Source: Bacillota bacterium (GTDB lineage Bacteria > Bacillota > DTU025). Taken from it: DNA of 64,000 nucleotides. Shown piece after piece: positions 40,301 to 50,604 of this stretch. The DNA is taken from assembly GCA_050951805.1 (NCBI GenBank), contig JBMNJT010000002.1, positions 352,001 to 416,000 of the forward strand. Reading direction: 5' to 3'. The position numbers and the translations under genes were made by a program. The notes under the pieces were generated by a model. The model worked only from the letters and a program-made list of their open reading frames with translations. It ran no database searches and had not been told where the DNA came from. Position 1 is the first letter of the stretch, and the number at the start of each line of letters is the position of its first letter.

Positions 40301-42205
40301 GACATGTCCGAAAGACTCGAATCCAATCACTACGTGCGTCTTTATGAAAGTCAGAATTTCCCTAAAGAGATGGTATCCCGCGAACATACAGCCCAGCTCA
40401 GACCGGGAGCGGCGGCAAAATCCCAAACAGAGTTTCAAGAAGGGCGCATCAACGTATTGAGCTGCTCAACAACATTTGAACTCGGCGTCGACCTTGGTGA
40501 TCTCGAAGCCGTGTTGATGAAGAACGTTCCGCCTTCGCCGTCCAACTACATCCAAAGGGCCGGTCGAGCAGGCAGGCGGGCTGGCACTGCCGCCATGGTA
40601 GTCACATATGCGCAGGATAGGCCTCACGACGCGTTCCACCACAGATATCCAGAGAGGATGATCAAGGGGCATATCAAGCCTCCCCATTTTGACATAAACA
40701 ATGAGAAGATAGTCCTGCGGCATATGTATGCAGTGGCCTTGGCGGACTTCTGGTACAAGAACCCAAACTACCTGGATAAAGTGAAGGATTTCTTTTTCCC
40801 AGATGATGCGGATTCGGCAGTAGACTCTTTGATTCAGTATCTAGACTCGAGACCGGAATCTATCAGAGTGAGCCTTGAAAGGGTAGTGCCCGAGAAACTA
40901 ATCGAGCCGCTAGGCGTAGATACCTGGCAATGGGTCGATAGTTTAGTCGGCGATGGAGGTCCCCTCGCCGTTGCGCGCATGGAAGTGGAAAATGACATAA
41001 AGAGGCTCGACGCCAGGTACCGAGAACTGGCTGCTCAGCGGAAAAAATCTGACTACGTGCTCAGGCTAATAGAAACGATGCAGAAAAGGTATCTCTTAAA
41101 CTACCTATCTAGCAAGAATGTCCTGCCCAGATATGGCTTTCCTGTCGATGTGGTCACTTTGGAGACGAAGAACAATCACTATGCTACAGACGACATCTGT
41201 CTACAGCGCGAACTGAAGATTGCCATTTCCGAATACGCTCCCGATGGAGAGGTGGTAGCTGGCGGAGAAGTGTGGACCAGCCGGTATCTGGAACGCATGC
41301 CGGGGAAGGAGTTGCCTAGCTATTGGTACGCTAGTTGTCCGGGGTGTGGTAACCACGTAACCAAACTGGACGTTAGGGATGGCGATGCAAGGGCTATATG
41401 TAGTGTCTGTGGCAGAGAAGTCGAATGCAGGGAGTCCTTTATAGTCCCGGAGTTTGGCTTTCTAGTAGACCCGAACAAGCCTGCGGTTGCAGGCGGCCGA
41501 CGTCCCCAGCGGACACACTCAACAAGGGTTTTCTTCTCGGGGATTGAGGATGATTATACAAGTGGCGATCAAGGATTCAATTTCCCAAATGGCCGCGTCA
41601 TTATCAGCACGTCAAAGAGAGGGAAGCTGACAGTTATCAATGATGCGAGGGGCGCGAAATTCCGCGTGTGCCAATCATGTGGCTATGCATGTATTGCAGA
41701 AGGCAAAGACCCCGTGAAACATCATAAGAACGCCTATGGGAAGGAATGCAGTACAAAGTCCTTGACAAGGATAGCGCTGGGACATGAGTTTCTCGGAGAC
41801 ATAGCGAGAATTCGATTTGAGCCGTGTACGCGAGTAGATCAGGGCTTTTGGTATTCGCTGCTCTACGCAATGATTGAAGGGGCTTGTGAGGCGCTGGACA
41901 TTGATCGAACGGAGATAGATGGCTGTGTGCAGTGGGGCGACTCTGCCGGCCAGCCTACTTACCTCATATTGTTCGACTCTGTATCCGGGGGAGTCGGCCA
42001 TGTACAGCAGTTAGGACGTGAGGAGGCACTCCGTGACACCCTGTACACAGCCTATATTAAGATGGCCTCTTGTACCTGCGGGGATGATGCGGGCAATGGG
42101 AGTTGCTACAGTTGCCTGAGAAACTACACCAACCAATTCTGCCACGACGTACTTAACAGGGGACTGGTGGTGCGATTCCTGAAGGAACTAGGTGTGGAAG
42201 GCTGA
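37343..42205 (+). CDS. DruE-like YprA-family SF2 helicase with DUF1998
   Basis: ATGTGSGKTE, YPMNALANDQ, DEAH, SAT, several CxxC pairs, FSDSRQDAA, HTAQL, TTFELGVD, QRAGRAGR, CTCG...SCYSCLRNYTNQ; no C-terminal nuclease extension. Confidence 0.85.
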   Translation: MSIDPIRTSQAVAEAYYGYLCTTFQFSDERLSEQFKAGLRQKDKYVKGPIVQATPPFKKSLTLNDLVDEGILSPLFLKCPEDVLTRPLYVHQEAAIRKMVSGQRNIVVATGTGSGKTECFMLPICNHLLRQYEAGTLGPGVRALLLYPMNALANDQVKRLRDLFEPFEFVTFGRYTGETLKTRGEGLDAYRNTFNCDPLPNEMISREEMQTQPPHILITNYAMLEYLLLRPEDDPFFGGSDSDNWKFLVLDEAHTYTGVKGIETAMLIRRLKDRVVEGETGALQCVATSATLGRGLDDAPGIMEFASRLFSEDFEYDPADPSKQDLIVAEREPIDERSIWGRPDPQLYVVWRDILSQDDSADAVSRLAEAAIEHRVPNEVVNRAYERFSSSADGFLYGVMSGDEYVVRTQQLLAEDPLALTELAGMLFGSGMSPHTSEQSAVSLIGLAVRARPSEDSSPLLPARYHLMLKALGGAWLSFLPEPKVHLDQVARVTWGDKTAMAYEAGVCQKCGAPYILGARVNSDSGNGWHLAPVSADSNDREARYYAVLAPEDPSEMRPDEDEDPIAYDTSKSLYQLCPACGDIRRADSLGIECSCGVEKVRLLETKSASRLIGRCIVCGGQNTKHGIVRRVSSYPEAAASVIATSLYQELSFDESGMESRNGQSAPEVQYDEDGWVIDVSAPRSEDAGPQKLLVFSDSRQDAAYFAPYMQTSYDRMLRRNILLGAAREAIDELPDLNIMVPDLWTHAELKLRPVLPTGYDALVEAQKWVLYEFTGRDKHGLERLGLLGFELERPERWTVPLHLQRKWGLSESESWDLYQALLDTFRTSGAVSVPRGVDPEDELFEPGNLLGSLTKADRDRRYVKAWLPTSSSTANKRSDYLTRLAQQIGLWDDPEKAACDLLSDIWDRDLMPHNARSLWNDYFEPVVDKGGGVSYRLVPNKWRILAYGSRNEPKWYVCDKCGRLALRNIRGVCPQYRCMGRLNQADMSERLESNHYVRLYESQNFPKEMVSREHTAQLRPGAAAKSQTEFQEGRINVLSCSTTFELGVDLGDLEAVLMKNVPPSPSNYIQRAGRAGRRAGTAAMVVTYAQDRPHDAFHHRYPERMIKGHIKPPHFDINNEKIVLRHMYAVALADFWYKNPNYLDKVKDFFFPDDADSAVDSLIQYLDSRPESIRVSLERVVPEKLIEPLGVDTWQWVDSLVGDGGPLAVARMEVENDIKRLDARYRELAAQRKKSDYVLRLIETMQKRYLLNYLSSKNVLPRYGFPVDVVTLETKNNHYATDDICLQRELKIAISEYAPDGEVVAGGEVWTSRYLERMPGKELPSYWYASCPGCGNHVTKLDVRDGDARAICSVCGREVECRESFIVPEFGFLVDPNKPAVAGGRRPQRTHSTRVFFSGIEDDYTSGDQGFNFPNGRVIISTSKRGKLTVINDARGAKFRVCQSCGYACIAEGKDPVKHHKNAYGKECSTKSLTRIALGHEFLGDIARIRFEPCTRVDQGFWYSLLYAMIEGACEALDIDRTEIDGCVQWGDSAGQPTYLILFDSVSGGVGHVQQLGREEALRDTLYTAYIKMASCTCGDDAGNGSCYSCLRNYTNQFCHDVLNRGLVVRFLKELGVEG

Positions 42206-42490
42206 CTGACATTGCGGAGAAACGCTGGCCATGTAGGATGGATACGAAGGAGACCGATAAGCGCCATGTTCAGCATCGGGTCAGCATATGTTGCAGCAAA
42301 AGCGGCGGGATATTCCATTAAGAGGGGATTCGCTATCGGGCAGTTCAGATGCCAGCAGGTGGTCGCTGTCGATAAGCCGACATTACTGTCCGGCCCTGCA
42401 ATTGCGTTTGGGTTTTGGGTAGGTTGTTGGGTGCTTGCATTGTCGAACTAGAGAGTATGGAAAAATCGTTCTCGAGGTGACTGATTTATT

Positions 42491-43138
42491 GTGAATGCCA
42501 GGCGAATGGTTCAAGCGTTATTGTGTGCTCTATCCGCAATAGCGGCTATAGTTTTGTGCGTCCGCTCACCGCTGAATCCCGTGAACCGCACGGATGAGAA
42601 TGGCTATGCGCCATTGCACTACGCTGCTTCCAGAGGAAACATACCCGATATTGTGTCTCTTGTGAAAAGAGGAGCTAACCTTCGAATACGTGATCCACAC
42701 GGTAATACCCCCCTACATCTCGCTGCTCGTGCCGGCCATACAGGCAGCGTTGTTGTGCTTCTGAAATCTGGAGCGCCGGTAAATGCCAGGAACGACGCAA
42801 AGCAGACTCCTGTGGCAATCGCGATGCATTGTCAAGGAATAAATCTGTTTCAGCCCTTTGCCCCACTGTCAGACGCTAGAATTGATATGCCTAAAGTGAT
42901 GGATTCGTATATAGATTCTTCACACGTATCGCCCTTTGACACAGAATATGACCGCCAGAAAAAGGAGATCGAACGGCTTGAAGGCAAACTGGAGGCAGAG
43001 AGAAGACAAGCTGAGGCGGAAAGGCAACGTATTGAGAATGAAGCGCGGCGCAAAGCTGATCATGCGGAAAGACTTCGAGAGTATGAGAAATACGGAGATG
43101 TTGTGCAGGTACTGGTAGTATGGGGTGGAAAGGAGTAG
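42491..43138 (+). CDS. Membrane-anchored or exported ankyrin-repeat protein with coiled-coil insert
   Basis: N-terminal hydrophobic helix; GYAPLHYAA, GNTPLHLAA, QTPV; E/R/K-rich heptads. Confidence 0.8.
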   Translation: MNARRMVQALLCALSAIAAIVLCVRSPLNPVNRTDENGYAPLHYAASRGNIPDIVSLVKRGANLRIRDPHGNTPLHLAARAGHTGSVVVLLKSGAPVNARNDAKQTPVAIAMHCQGINLFQPFAPLSDARIDMPKVMDSYIDSSHVSPFDTEYDRQKKEIERLEGKLEAERRQAEAERQRIENEARRKADHAERLREYEKYGDVVQVLVVWGGKE

Positions 43139-43760
43139 TGTTAGTCCCTCCATAGAACTCGACAATATTGATGGTGCACATCGGTTGGGAGGGTACCGTG
43201 GACCGCCCGGTTGTACTAGCATGCGCTGGAAGCGTTTCCTGAAAGGGCCCGATAGTCACCACCATGTTGCTGCTGTTTGGGTCACGGCTGGCCGTTGCGC
43301 TAAAGCAGCGTTGCAAGCCGCCTTCTCAGCATTGAAGCTCCACCAGAATCCGGTCAAGCAGAATAACGGGAAGGCCAATTGGGCAAGAAGGATAATCCTT
43401 ATGGTAGAGGCTTTAGTTACCCAGGATACTGATATGACAGACAGCCAATGAGGCTCGTTTTGCAGCAGGGCATGCGGGATTGTCTCATTTCACTCAAATG
43501 ACCATCAACGATTGCCCCCACGACTCATGAACTCGTTGAGGCAGACCATATCATCGCAGGACGAAGATTATTCATTGAATGTGTACATAGTACCATGAAT
43601 GACTGGGCCTTGTCCTGCTCAAAGGCACGACAGACTATTTGCCATATTCCTGACTTGGGCGTACAAGTCGACCTAGCATCTACTATTGCTGTACATCGTC
43701 GGCACCGTCCGGGATGGATAATAGGAACTGGATCCTAGACAAGAAGGGAGTGCATTTCTA

Positions 43761-44345
43761 GTGAAAGTGAAGCACGCTCGGGTTTGTGTTTTCGTTTGCC
43801 TTCTCGTTATTTTGTTGGGTGCGCCAGGATACGCAGAGACTGAATCCGAAATGGATATTCTTGACGTGACTCAGTACCGAACTCTCGTTGACGAGTTTGG
43901 AATGCCTACAACAGAATCGGTCAAAGAGATTGCGGAGGCTGCACAATCCACATTCGATGCCGGGGATTATGAGGCGGCAATACCGCTACTAGAGGAGTGG
44001 GCACAAAGCGCCAATTGGCTCGCAAACATGATAGTGTCAGGTCTGAAGCCTTTCTATAGGGCTTCATATGATGACCGCAAGGAATTCTCGTACTCCAAAG
44101 TTGCTGCTCTTGTAGTGTATGAGACAACAGCAAATAGTCTCAAAAGGGATCGCAACCATGCCATGGTGATGATCGCCGAGTGCCATGTACAGACGGGACG
44201 GCTTGATGTAGCAGTTAGCATGTATATGAAGGCGCTGAACCTACTGGATGTAAACGACTGGGAATGGTGGACTAGGGCTGCAAATGGCCTTTTTGAGTTG
44301 ATAGGAGTGCCTCCAATGATGGAGAAGCCTTCGTCAAGGCGCTAG
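43761..44345 (+). CDS. Exported TPR-like helical protein
   Basis: Signal peptide (GYA|E); AGDYEAAIPLLE; IAECHVQTGRLDVAVSMYMKAL. Confidence 0.65.
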   Translation: MKVKHARVCVFVCLLVILLGAPGYAETESEMDILDVTQYRTLVDEFGMPTTESVKEIAEAAQSTFDAGDYEAAIPLLEEWAQSANWLANMIVSGLKPFYRASYDDRKEFSYSKVAALVVYETTANSLKRDRNHAMVMIAECHVQTGRLDVAVSMYMKALNLLDVNDWEWWTRAANGLFELIGVPPMMEKPSSRR

Positions 44346-44662
44346 TATTGCGAGACGATAAGGCCGCAACGAGCGTTCGTGTTGAGTGTTGGGTTGCGGC
44401 CTTCGATATCGAGATAAAGGGCAGTTTGCCATAACTGGCTACTTGAACTGTGCTCAGGCGAATGGTCAATCTCTATGGGCTTGCGGGAGCTATTGTAGGG
44501 GTCTCACGGTCGCGACAGCGTGATTGTGTCAATGCCTTTGCCTCCATGTCGCCTTGGAAGTAACATGCAGCAGGTTAGGGGGCAGGTGCAAGGCTCATTG
44601 GGACCAGCATATACGGAAACTACAAGCGTGGAGCTGAGATCACATGTTTCAGGCAAAGTACT

Positions 44663-45598
44663 TCAGGACCCTAAATGCTTGTCCATAGCAATTTTCAATA
44701 CGCACATCTTTGGAGATGCGAAGCTCAAACTAGTCCGATCAAATGTGAAATTATGAGCATGCAGCATGGCGTGGTGCGTTGGACACACCAGGACCAAGTT
44801 TGAGATTCGATTATCCATGGAGGTTGTGACCGGGTCGATGTGATGAGTTGTATTCACCATGCTGCCCGCCGAGTATTGTGCCTGTCTGCCGCAAAGCTGG
44901 CACGTGTGCCCGTACATCTGTCCAAGGAGGCGCTGAGCCAAACCCAGATACCGTCGGCAGTATCGCAGAGCCCTGGCGATTTCTCCGCTGTCTTCAGGAG
45001 TAATGCGCTCTATCGCAGTCACCCAATACGCGAATCGGTTCTCTGAGTCCTCTGCAAGTATTGCCTCAATATGGGGTTCGCCCAAATTGGTAAGAGTCTG
45101 CTTGACTATATCGGAGGCTCGGAATCTGCACGGCACAAGATCCACATGGTAATAAAAAGGGATACCAGTCGCCCTCCACTCTACAAACTCTGCGAAGTGC
45201 GGTGGCACCTCTGCATACAGCTTTGCGTTTGGGCCAAGTTCTCGTCGTAGCCTTTCGCGCTCCAGCTGCAAATACTTCCGGCTAGTCCAGAATGTCGCCT
45301 CGAGGACCTGCCGTAGCTCTTGGTTCGTGTCATATCTGATCTGCAGGATGTGTGGCGGGCCTTGCGGACGTCGAATACAAGTTAGCATTGCGTCGAAAGG
45401 ATGACCATCGACGAGCAGCACAACATGGCGTTTATCTTTCGGCTGCAGTTCTACCCCATCATTTTCATCCACCAACCGCTCATGGATGTCTACTGGGATA
45501 GTCCATCCACTTCTGAGTAAAGACCAGTCAACCCGCTTCCTCATGATCAAGTTCAAAGTAGCAATCTGGGGCCAGCTCCAGTCAGTATCGCATGTCAC
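44663..45598 (-). CDS. HNH endonuclease with uncharacterised N-terminal domain
   Basis: CQLCG...HHIDP...NRISNLVLVCPTHHAMLH; GGAGG RBS upstream. Confidence 0.85.
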   Translation of the reverse strand: MTCDTDWSWPQIATLNLIMRKRVDWSLLRSGWTIPVDIHERLVDENDGVELQPKDKRHVVLLVDGHPFDAMLTCIRRPQGPPHILQIRYDTNQELRQVLEATFWTSRKYLQLERERLRRELGPNAKLYAEVPPHFAEFVEWRATGIPFYYHVDLVPCRFRASDIVKQTLTNLGEPHIEAILAEDSENRFAYWVTAIERITPEDSGEIARALRYCRRYLGLAQRLLGQMYGHTCQLCGRQAQYSAGSMVNTTHHIDPVTTSMDNRISNLVLVCPTHHAMLHAHNFTFDRTSLSFASPKMCVLKIAMDKHLGS

Positions 45599-45626
45599 CT
45601 GTCGAACGCCTCCAATCAGTATGAAG

Positions 45627-45654
45627 ATTCGCTAAAATCGGACAGTATACCTTT
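45627..45654 (-). promoter_or_regulatory. Sigma-H-like promoter for the HNH gene
   Basis: AAAGGTATA-N13-GCGAAT on the minus strand, about 30 nt upstream of the start. Confidence 0.35.
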
Positions 45655-46153
45655 AGAGTTGTGGGGGAATTGGAGCAGGCCACTAGCTAGTCATTGCAAA
45701 GGCGAAGTGTCTGCCAAGCTTAGAGGAACGGAAAGCGTAGTCCGTCTGTGACCGCTTGAAAAAGACCGAGCAGGGGAACCGAGGCTACAACATCGAAGTC
45801 CTAATGTGCGTGGAGCAAGGTGTGGAACTGAGCATGTGCAGTCAATCTCAGGGCTGGGCTGGTGAAATGATGCAGGCCAAGATGCGAATTGATTGCTTTT
45901 TAGAATACGAATGTATCAAGCCCGAAATGACGGAAGGAAAGCGCACTTCGTTCCAGGGATTCATAAACATACATGCCAACAGTAACCACTCTATGACAAA
46001 GTCAAATACTGCTGGCTGCCTACCCTGAAAGAAGCCGCGATAACCCCATAAGAGGTCTCTTTCGTCGGTATGGATAACACTCAATGTGTCGACTGTGGCA
46101 GCACATCGATGCCATTTGCGAGGCTCCATATTATATGCCAGGGAGGGTGTCTC

Positions 46154-46780
46154 ATGGGCGCTATTACGGTTAAAGGTAGGGGCTACGTGTCGGCCCAGCC
46201 CGATGTCGTGACGTTGTCTTTTGATGTCGGAACCAAGGCGCGAGATTACGCGGAGTGCGTAGATAGGCTCACCGGGCGTACGGCGGCCCTACGCCGGGAC
46301 TTAGCAGCTGCTGGCGCTGACTGTGCAGAACTGAAGACTACTAACTTCAGTGTGAACGTTGCATATCGCTATGATAAGAGCCGTTACTACTTCGATGGGT
46401 ACTCGGCTTCGCATCGTCTGGAAATTGAACTACCCGCGGACAAGGACATGCTCAACCGTGTGTTGGGCGCAGTTGCCAAGGGCCACAGCGGCGCAGAGAT
46501 ACGGATCCGCTTCTCAGTCAAAGACACAGAGAATCTGAGGCAACAGGCTCTCGCGGAGGCTGTCAGGGTTGCCAAGCTCAGCGCCGACTCGTTAGCTCAA
46601 GCGGCAGGTGTAAAACTGGGTAAAATCCGGAGCATAGCACATGGTTGGGATGAGATTCGTCTGTCCGGCCCTTCCTACGGTGTTGTATGCGATAGCGTTT
46701 CAGATGCTAAGGTGGACATAGACCCGAAAGATGTATCCATCAGCGAAGACGTGACGGTCGTCTATGAGATCGAAGAGTAA
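46154..46780 (+). CDS. SIMPL-domain (DUF541/YggE) protein
   Basis: ITVKGRGYVSAQPD, ALAEAVRVAK, LAQAAGVKLGKIRSI, VTVVYEI; GGGAGG RBS. Confidence 0.88.
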   Translation: MGAITVKGRGYVSAQPDVVTLSFDVGTKARDYAECVDRLTGRTAALRRDLAAAGADCAELKTTNFSVNVAYRYDKSRYYFDGYSASHRLEIELPADKDMLNRVLGAVAKGHSGAEIRIRFSVKDTENLRQQALAEAVRVAKLSADSLAQAAGVKLGKIRSIAHGWDEIRLSGPSYGVVCDSVSDAKVDIDPKDVSISEDVTVVYEIEE

Positions 46781-46864
46781 ATCACAATGCCCGTTCATGT
46801 GGGGGACGGTCGAGCAGCATGAACGGGATAAGGCAATCGGGCCGACTGGAACCTTGGAGGTGGT

Positions 46865-48858
46865 GTGATCATGCCTGTTTCCGATGTGGGCGTGGACAAG
46901 ATTGTAGAGGCACTGGAGTATTTCGATGACACGATGCGTGACACCGATGCCTGGCAGGGATGGGAGTCGCGCCGAAGCCACTTGTACGCGATACGATGGC
47001 GCGACAAGTTGTATCCTGCCTGGGAGGCGGTTCGCACTGCTACCGGGTCTTCCGGGTTTCGCGGGGGATTCCAAGCCAATCAGTATCTTCGGGCTCGTGG
47101 CTTCGAGGTCATTCCTTTGCGCCATGACGAAATCCGTTTTTCGCAAGACATCCTCGCAAGATTGGACAGGATGCTTCAGAAGTTCGCCGAGTACAGGTCC
47201 GACGAAGCCTGCTACCTTGCAGAGGAACGCACCTACAAGGAGGAGCTCTTCGATCATCTCGGCACCATCTGGGATCTGCTGTACACCGACCCGGAAGCCA
47301 GCCAAAAGGCGCTTATCAAGTTCATCTCGGGTGAGGATGCCCCAGCCGGGCTTTTAGCAGCCTTCAACAACCTCCAGGGTGGTTACGGGTTGCCTGTCCG
47401 CGACGACTTCCTGGTATACCTGAGAAACACAAGCGCTGATGAATACTGAACCATGATGTTGCAGCTATTTGAGGGTGAGGCCACCCCGGCGGTCCGCCTC
47501 AGCCAGTTCCGACAGGCGACCAAAGCCGCCTATGACCGCTTATATGATGAAGGCAAGTTCTACGAAGGCAAAAAGTCTCGGCCATCGATGCCGCTGAATT
47601 TCGCGGCCATCCTGCTCGCATCGTATGATCCCGAATCGTACATTCTGTATCGCAGTACTGATTATGAGGCAACTGCAAAGTGGCTTGGGCTGACGGTCCC
47701 TTCACAGCCGGAGCAGCGGTACACTCTCTTCTTCGATATGGCCACGTATATCCTCTCATACGCCCAGGAGAAGCAATACCCGGTTTCATCCGCGACCGAG
47801 GGTTTGTATTCCCCTCGTGGCTCGTAACCGACTATCTGATTTCACTTGCCAGCAAGCCATTTGTTATCATCTCGGGGATATCGGGCACAGGCAAGACCAA
47901 AATGACGCAACTGGTAGCCGATTACATGTCCAAGGTTTCTGGAGTGGACGAGAGCACCGCGTTTGTTCCAGTAAGGCCCGACTGGACCGACAACTCACAC
48001 CTTCTTGGCTGGTACAACGCCATTGCCGAGCGATATGAGACTACTCCCGTCCTTGACCTGATTATCAAAGCATCCGACGCTCCGGCAGCGCCCCATTTCA
48101 TCATCCTCGACGAGATGAACATAGCCAAGGTGGAGCACTACTTCTCCGACTTTTTAGGCTGCATGGAGAGCAGATGGATAGATGTAGACGATCGGGTGAG
48201 ACAGGAACCTATCCACCTTCACAGCCACGTGGCCGACTACGAGGCTGGCGAAGGCTCAGTTAGCATTCCCCCGTGGCTCGACTTGCCGCTTAACGTGTAT
48301 GTCGTTGGCACGGTGAACGTCGATGAGTCTACGTACATGTTCTCGCCCAAAGTCCTGGACAGGGCAAACGTAATTGAGTTCAACGATGTTTGCCTTGACC
48401 CGGATTCACAGATGCGTGAAAGTACGCTGGCGGATCCGAAAACACCGGGCTCATCGGGATTCGTGCTTAGGTCGGATGTAAACCCCGTCGAGCTGCTTTC
48501 AGGTTACACGCCTGCTCCACCGAAGCTGTGGATCCGAATGAAAGACGAGATGCCTGAGCATTTTGAACTGCTGCTTGAGGTCCATGAGGCGCTTCGCCCA
48601 TACTACCTCCACTTCGGTTATCGTGTGGCCAATGAGATCGCAGCGTTCATGCTCAATACGCGTAAATACTGCGCAGACGGCGATGACGCATTGTCTTCCA
48701 CCTTTGACCTACAGGTCTTGCAGAAGATACTTCCCAAGATGCATGGCGCGGTAAACTCAGTCGCATGGAGGCGCGCCTGGAGCAGGTGGGGTTCGCGTCC
48801 TTCATTGAGTAGGCAGGCCTGGCGGGCAGAGATGTTAAGGTGGAGAGCAGGGAGGTGA
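46865..48858 (+). pseudogene. mcrB: McrB-like AAA+ GTPase, disrupted
   Basis: N-terminal domain (LYAIRWRDKLYP...FRGG...YLRARGFEV), in-frame TGA at 47447-47449, frameshift near 47780. Then GISGTGKT, VRPDWTD, LDEMN, GTVNVDE, FSPKVLDRAN, FGYR, QKILPKMHG and an abnormal tail. Confidence 0.85.
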
Positions 48859-48864
48859 GCAGAC

Positions 48865-50496
48865 ATGACGGCTGATGTAGTCTCTCAGCTCGTGCAGTAG
48901 GGGGCCTGGTGCGAGGATGGAGTCTTGCGGGTTCCGTCCGATTCGGTATACTACCTTCGCTTCGAAGATGGCCATGGCCCGACTTGGTTTGAGCAATCAC
49001 TGCTCGTTACCAGGCTTGGGGGCACGCCGGGCCTGTTCCAGTTGAACTTGGTGAACTGCGTGGGCCGTCTCCGCCTAGGCCCGGTCGAGCTGGACGTCGA
49101 ATGCGCGAAGCTCACATCCTCCCAGTTCCGCGCCATGATAGATGATGTATCTGGTTATCTCGCGCAGCTGCCATTTTCGCACAAGGGTGCGGGGTCGTCA
49201 TACGAGCGCGCGGCCGAGCCCGGAAGACCTATCGATTACCATGTGCTCGTCTACATAAGCAGCTTACTTCGCGCAAACCTTCTGCAGTCGGCGGTGGCAT
49301 GCATCGCTGCCGATCCCCATGTGTCGTTCGTCAAGGAACGACAGCGCGTCAGAGTCGAGCAGGCACGCCGAGCCGACTCAGTCACGGTGCGGGACATATG
49401 TGCCAATCCCCGGCGTTTCGAGCCCATACGGCCAGGGTCGACCTTGGCAGCGAGCGCACTCTGTGCCCGTCTCGAAGGGAAACCTCTTGCGCGGCATTTC
49501 CCCGGGACAGTCGTATCAAGCGCCATGATTCCAATAGTCGACAACCCCGAGAACCAGTTCGTGCGGCATGTCCTAGAGTCGATGCAGCTGGTTGCGTCAT
49601 CGTTGGCTTCGTTTGAAGGCTGCACGAGCGATATTCGCGCTGAAGCGCGCCGGGTACACCATGAGCTGGAGCGCCTCCTGGCATACGATCTGTTCCATGA
49701 GGTCTCGCCGCCGCATGCCTTAAATCTATCATCACAGGTACTACAGCGTCGGGCAGGTTATCGGGAGATGCTCACGTACCATTCACAGATGTCTCTGCCG
49801 CCCACACCCGCCTGGCCTTATGATATCAAGGAAATCCTGGAACTGAAAGACGCTGCCACGCTCTACGAGTATTGGGTGTTCATACAGGTTTGCAACGTTG
49901 TTCAGGATCTTGTACGGACCCGTCCCAACCAGGCATCCGCGGCTGACGTGGCTTTCGATGCGAACGCGATCGCAGCCATGGACGCACGCGTGGGTGTAGG
50001 CGAAAGTCTGGGCGCACAGATGAATTGCGATCGGCTCGGGGCGAGACTCGCCAGAGGAATTCGCGTCCAGTTTCCCGGAGAGATCGAGGTCAGCTACAAC
50101 CGGGGGTTTAGGGGATACTCGGGCTGGTTCCGCCCGGATGTAACCCTTATCACGCCTGTGGGCATGTGGGTGTTTGACGCCAAATTCCGTTTTGACAGGC
50201 AGTCGGAATCCGACCTCAGCGCGAAGGCAGACGACATCCACAAGATGCATACTTATCGTGACGCATTGCCCAAGTGCAGGGGGGCCTATGCAGTCTACCC
50301 GGGTGACGCAGCCATAATGTATTCTTCTCCTGCCTCGGCTTGTCCCACAGATGTCAATCCGTCAGTAGCTGGGCGCGGTGGCATCGGCAGTGTCGCCAAT
50401 CGCGTCACCGATGGCGTGGGCGCCATCCCTTTGAGGCCGTGTTCCGATGTGAGCAGCCTATCCAGTGTGATTCGGAGCCTGCTGAGCCTGGGGTGA
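48865..50496 (+). pseudogene. McrC-like DUF2357 + PD-(D/E)XK nuclease with in-frame TAG at codon 12
   Basis: GGAGGT RBS, ATG 48865, TAG 48898-48900, then open frame with DNPENQFV, LYEYW, RPD, FDAKFR, DIHKMHTYRDA. Confidence 0.75.
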
Positions 50497-50604
50497 GTAT
50501 GCCAGACACAGGAATCGCGGAACGCTAGTGGTCATGCTATACTGCTCGTTTGAATGCTTGTGTTATGCAAGTCAACGATCCACCAATGATTTGGGGTGTT
50601 GTGT

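Noticed and set aside
47447-48900. Selenocysteine or pyrrolysine recoding of the in-frame TGA and TAG in the mcrBC-like genes
   Set aside because: The same locus also has frameshifts, the positions are not catalytic, and I see no SECIS-like hairpin. Decay is the simpler explanation.
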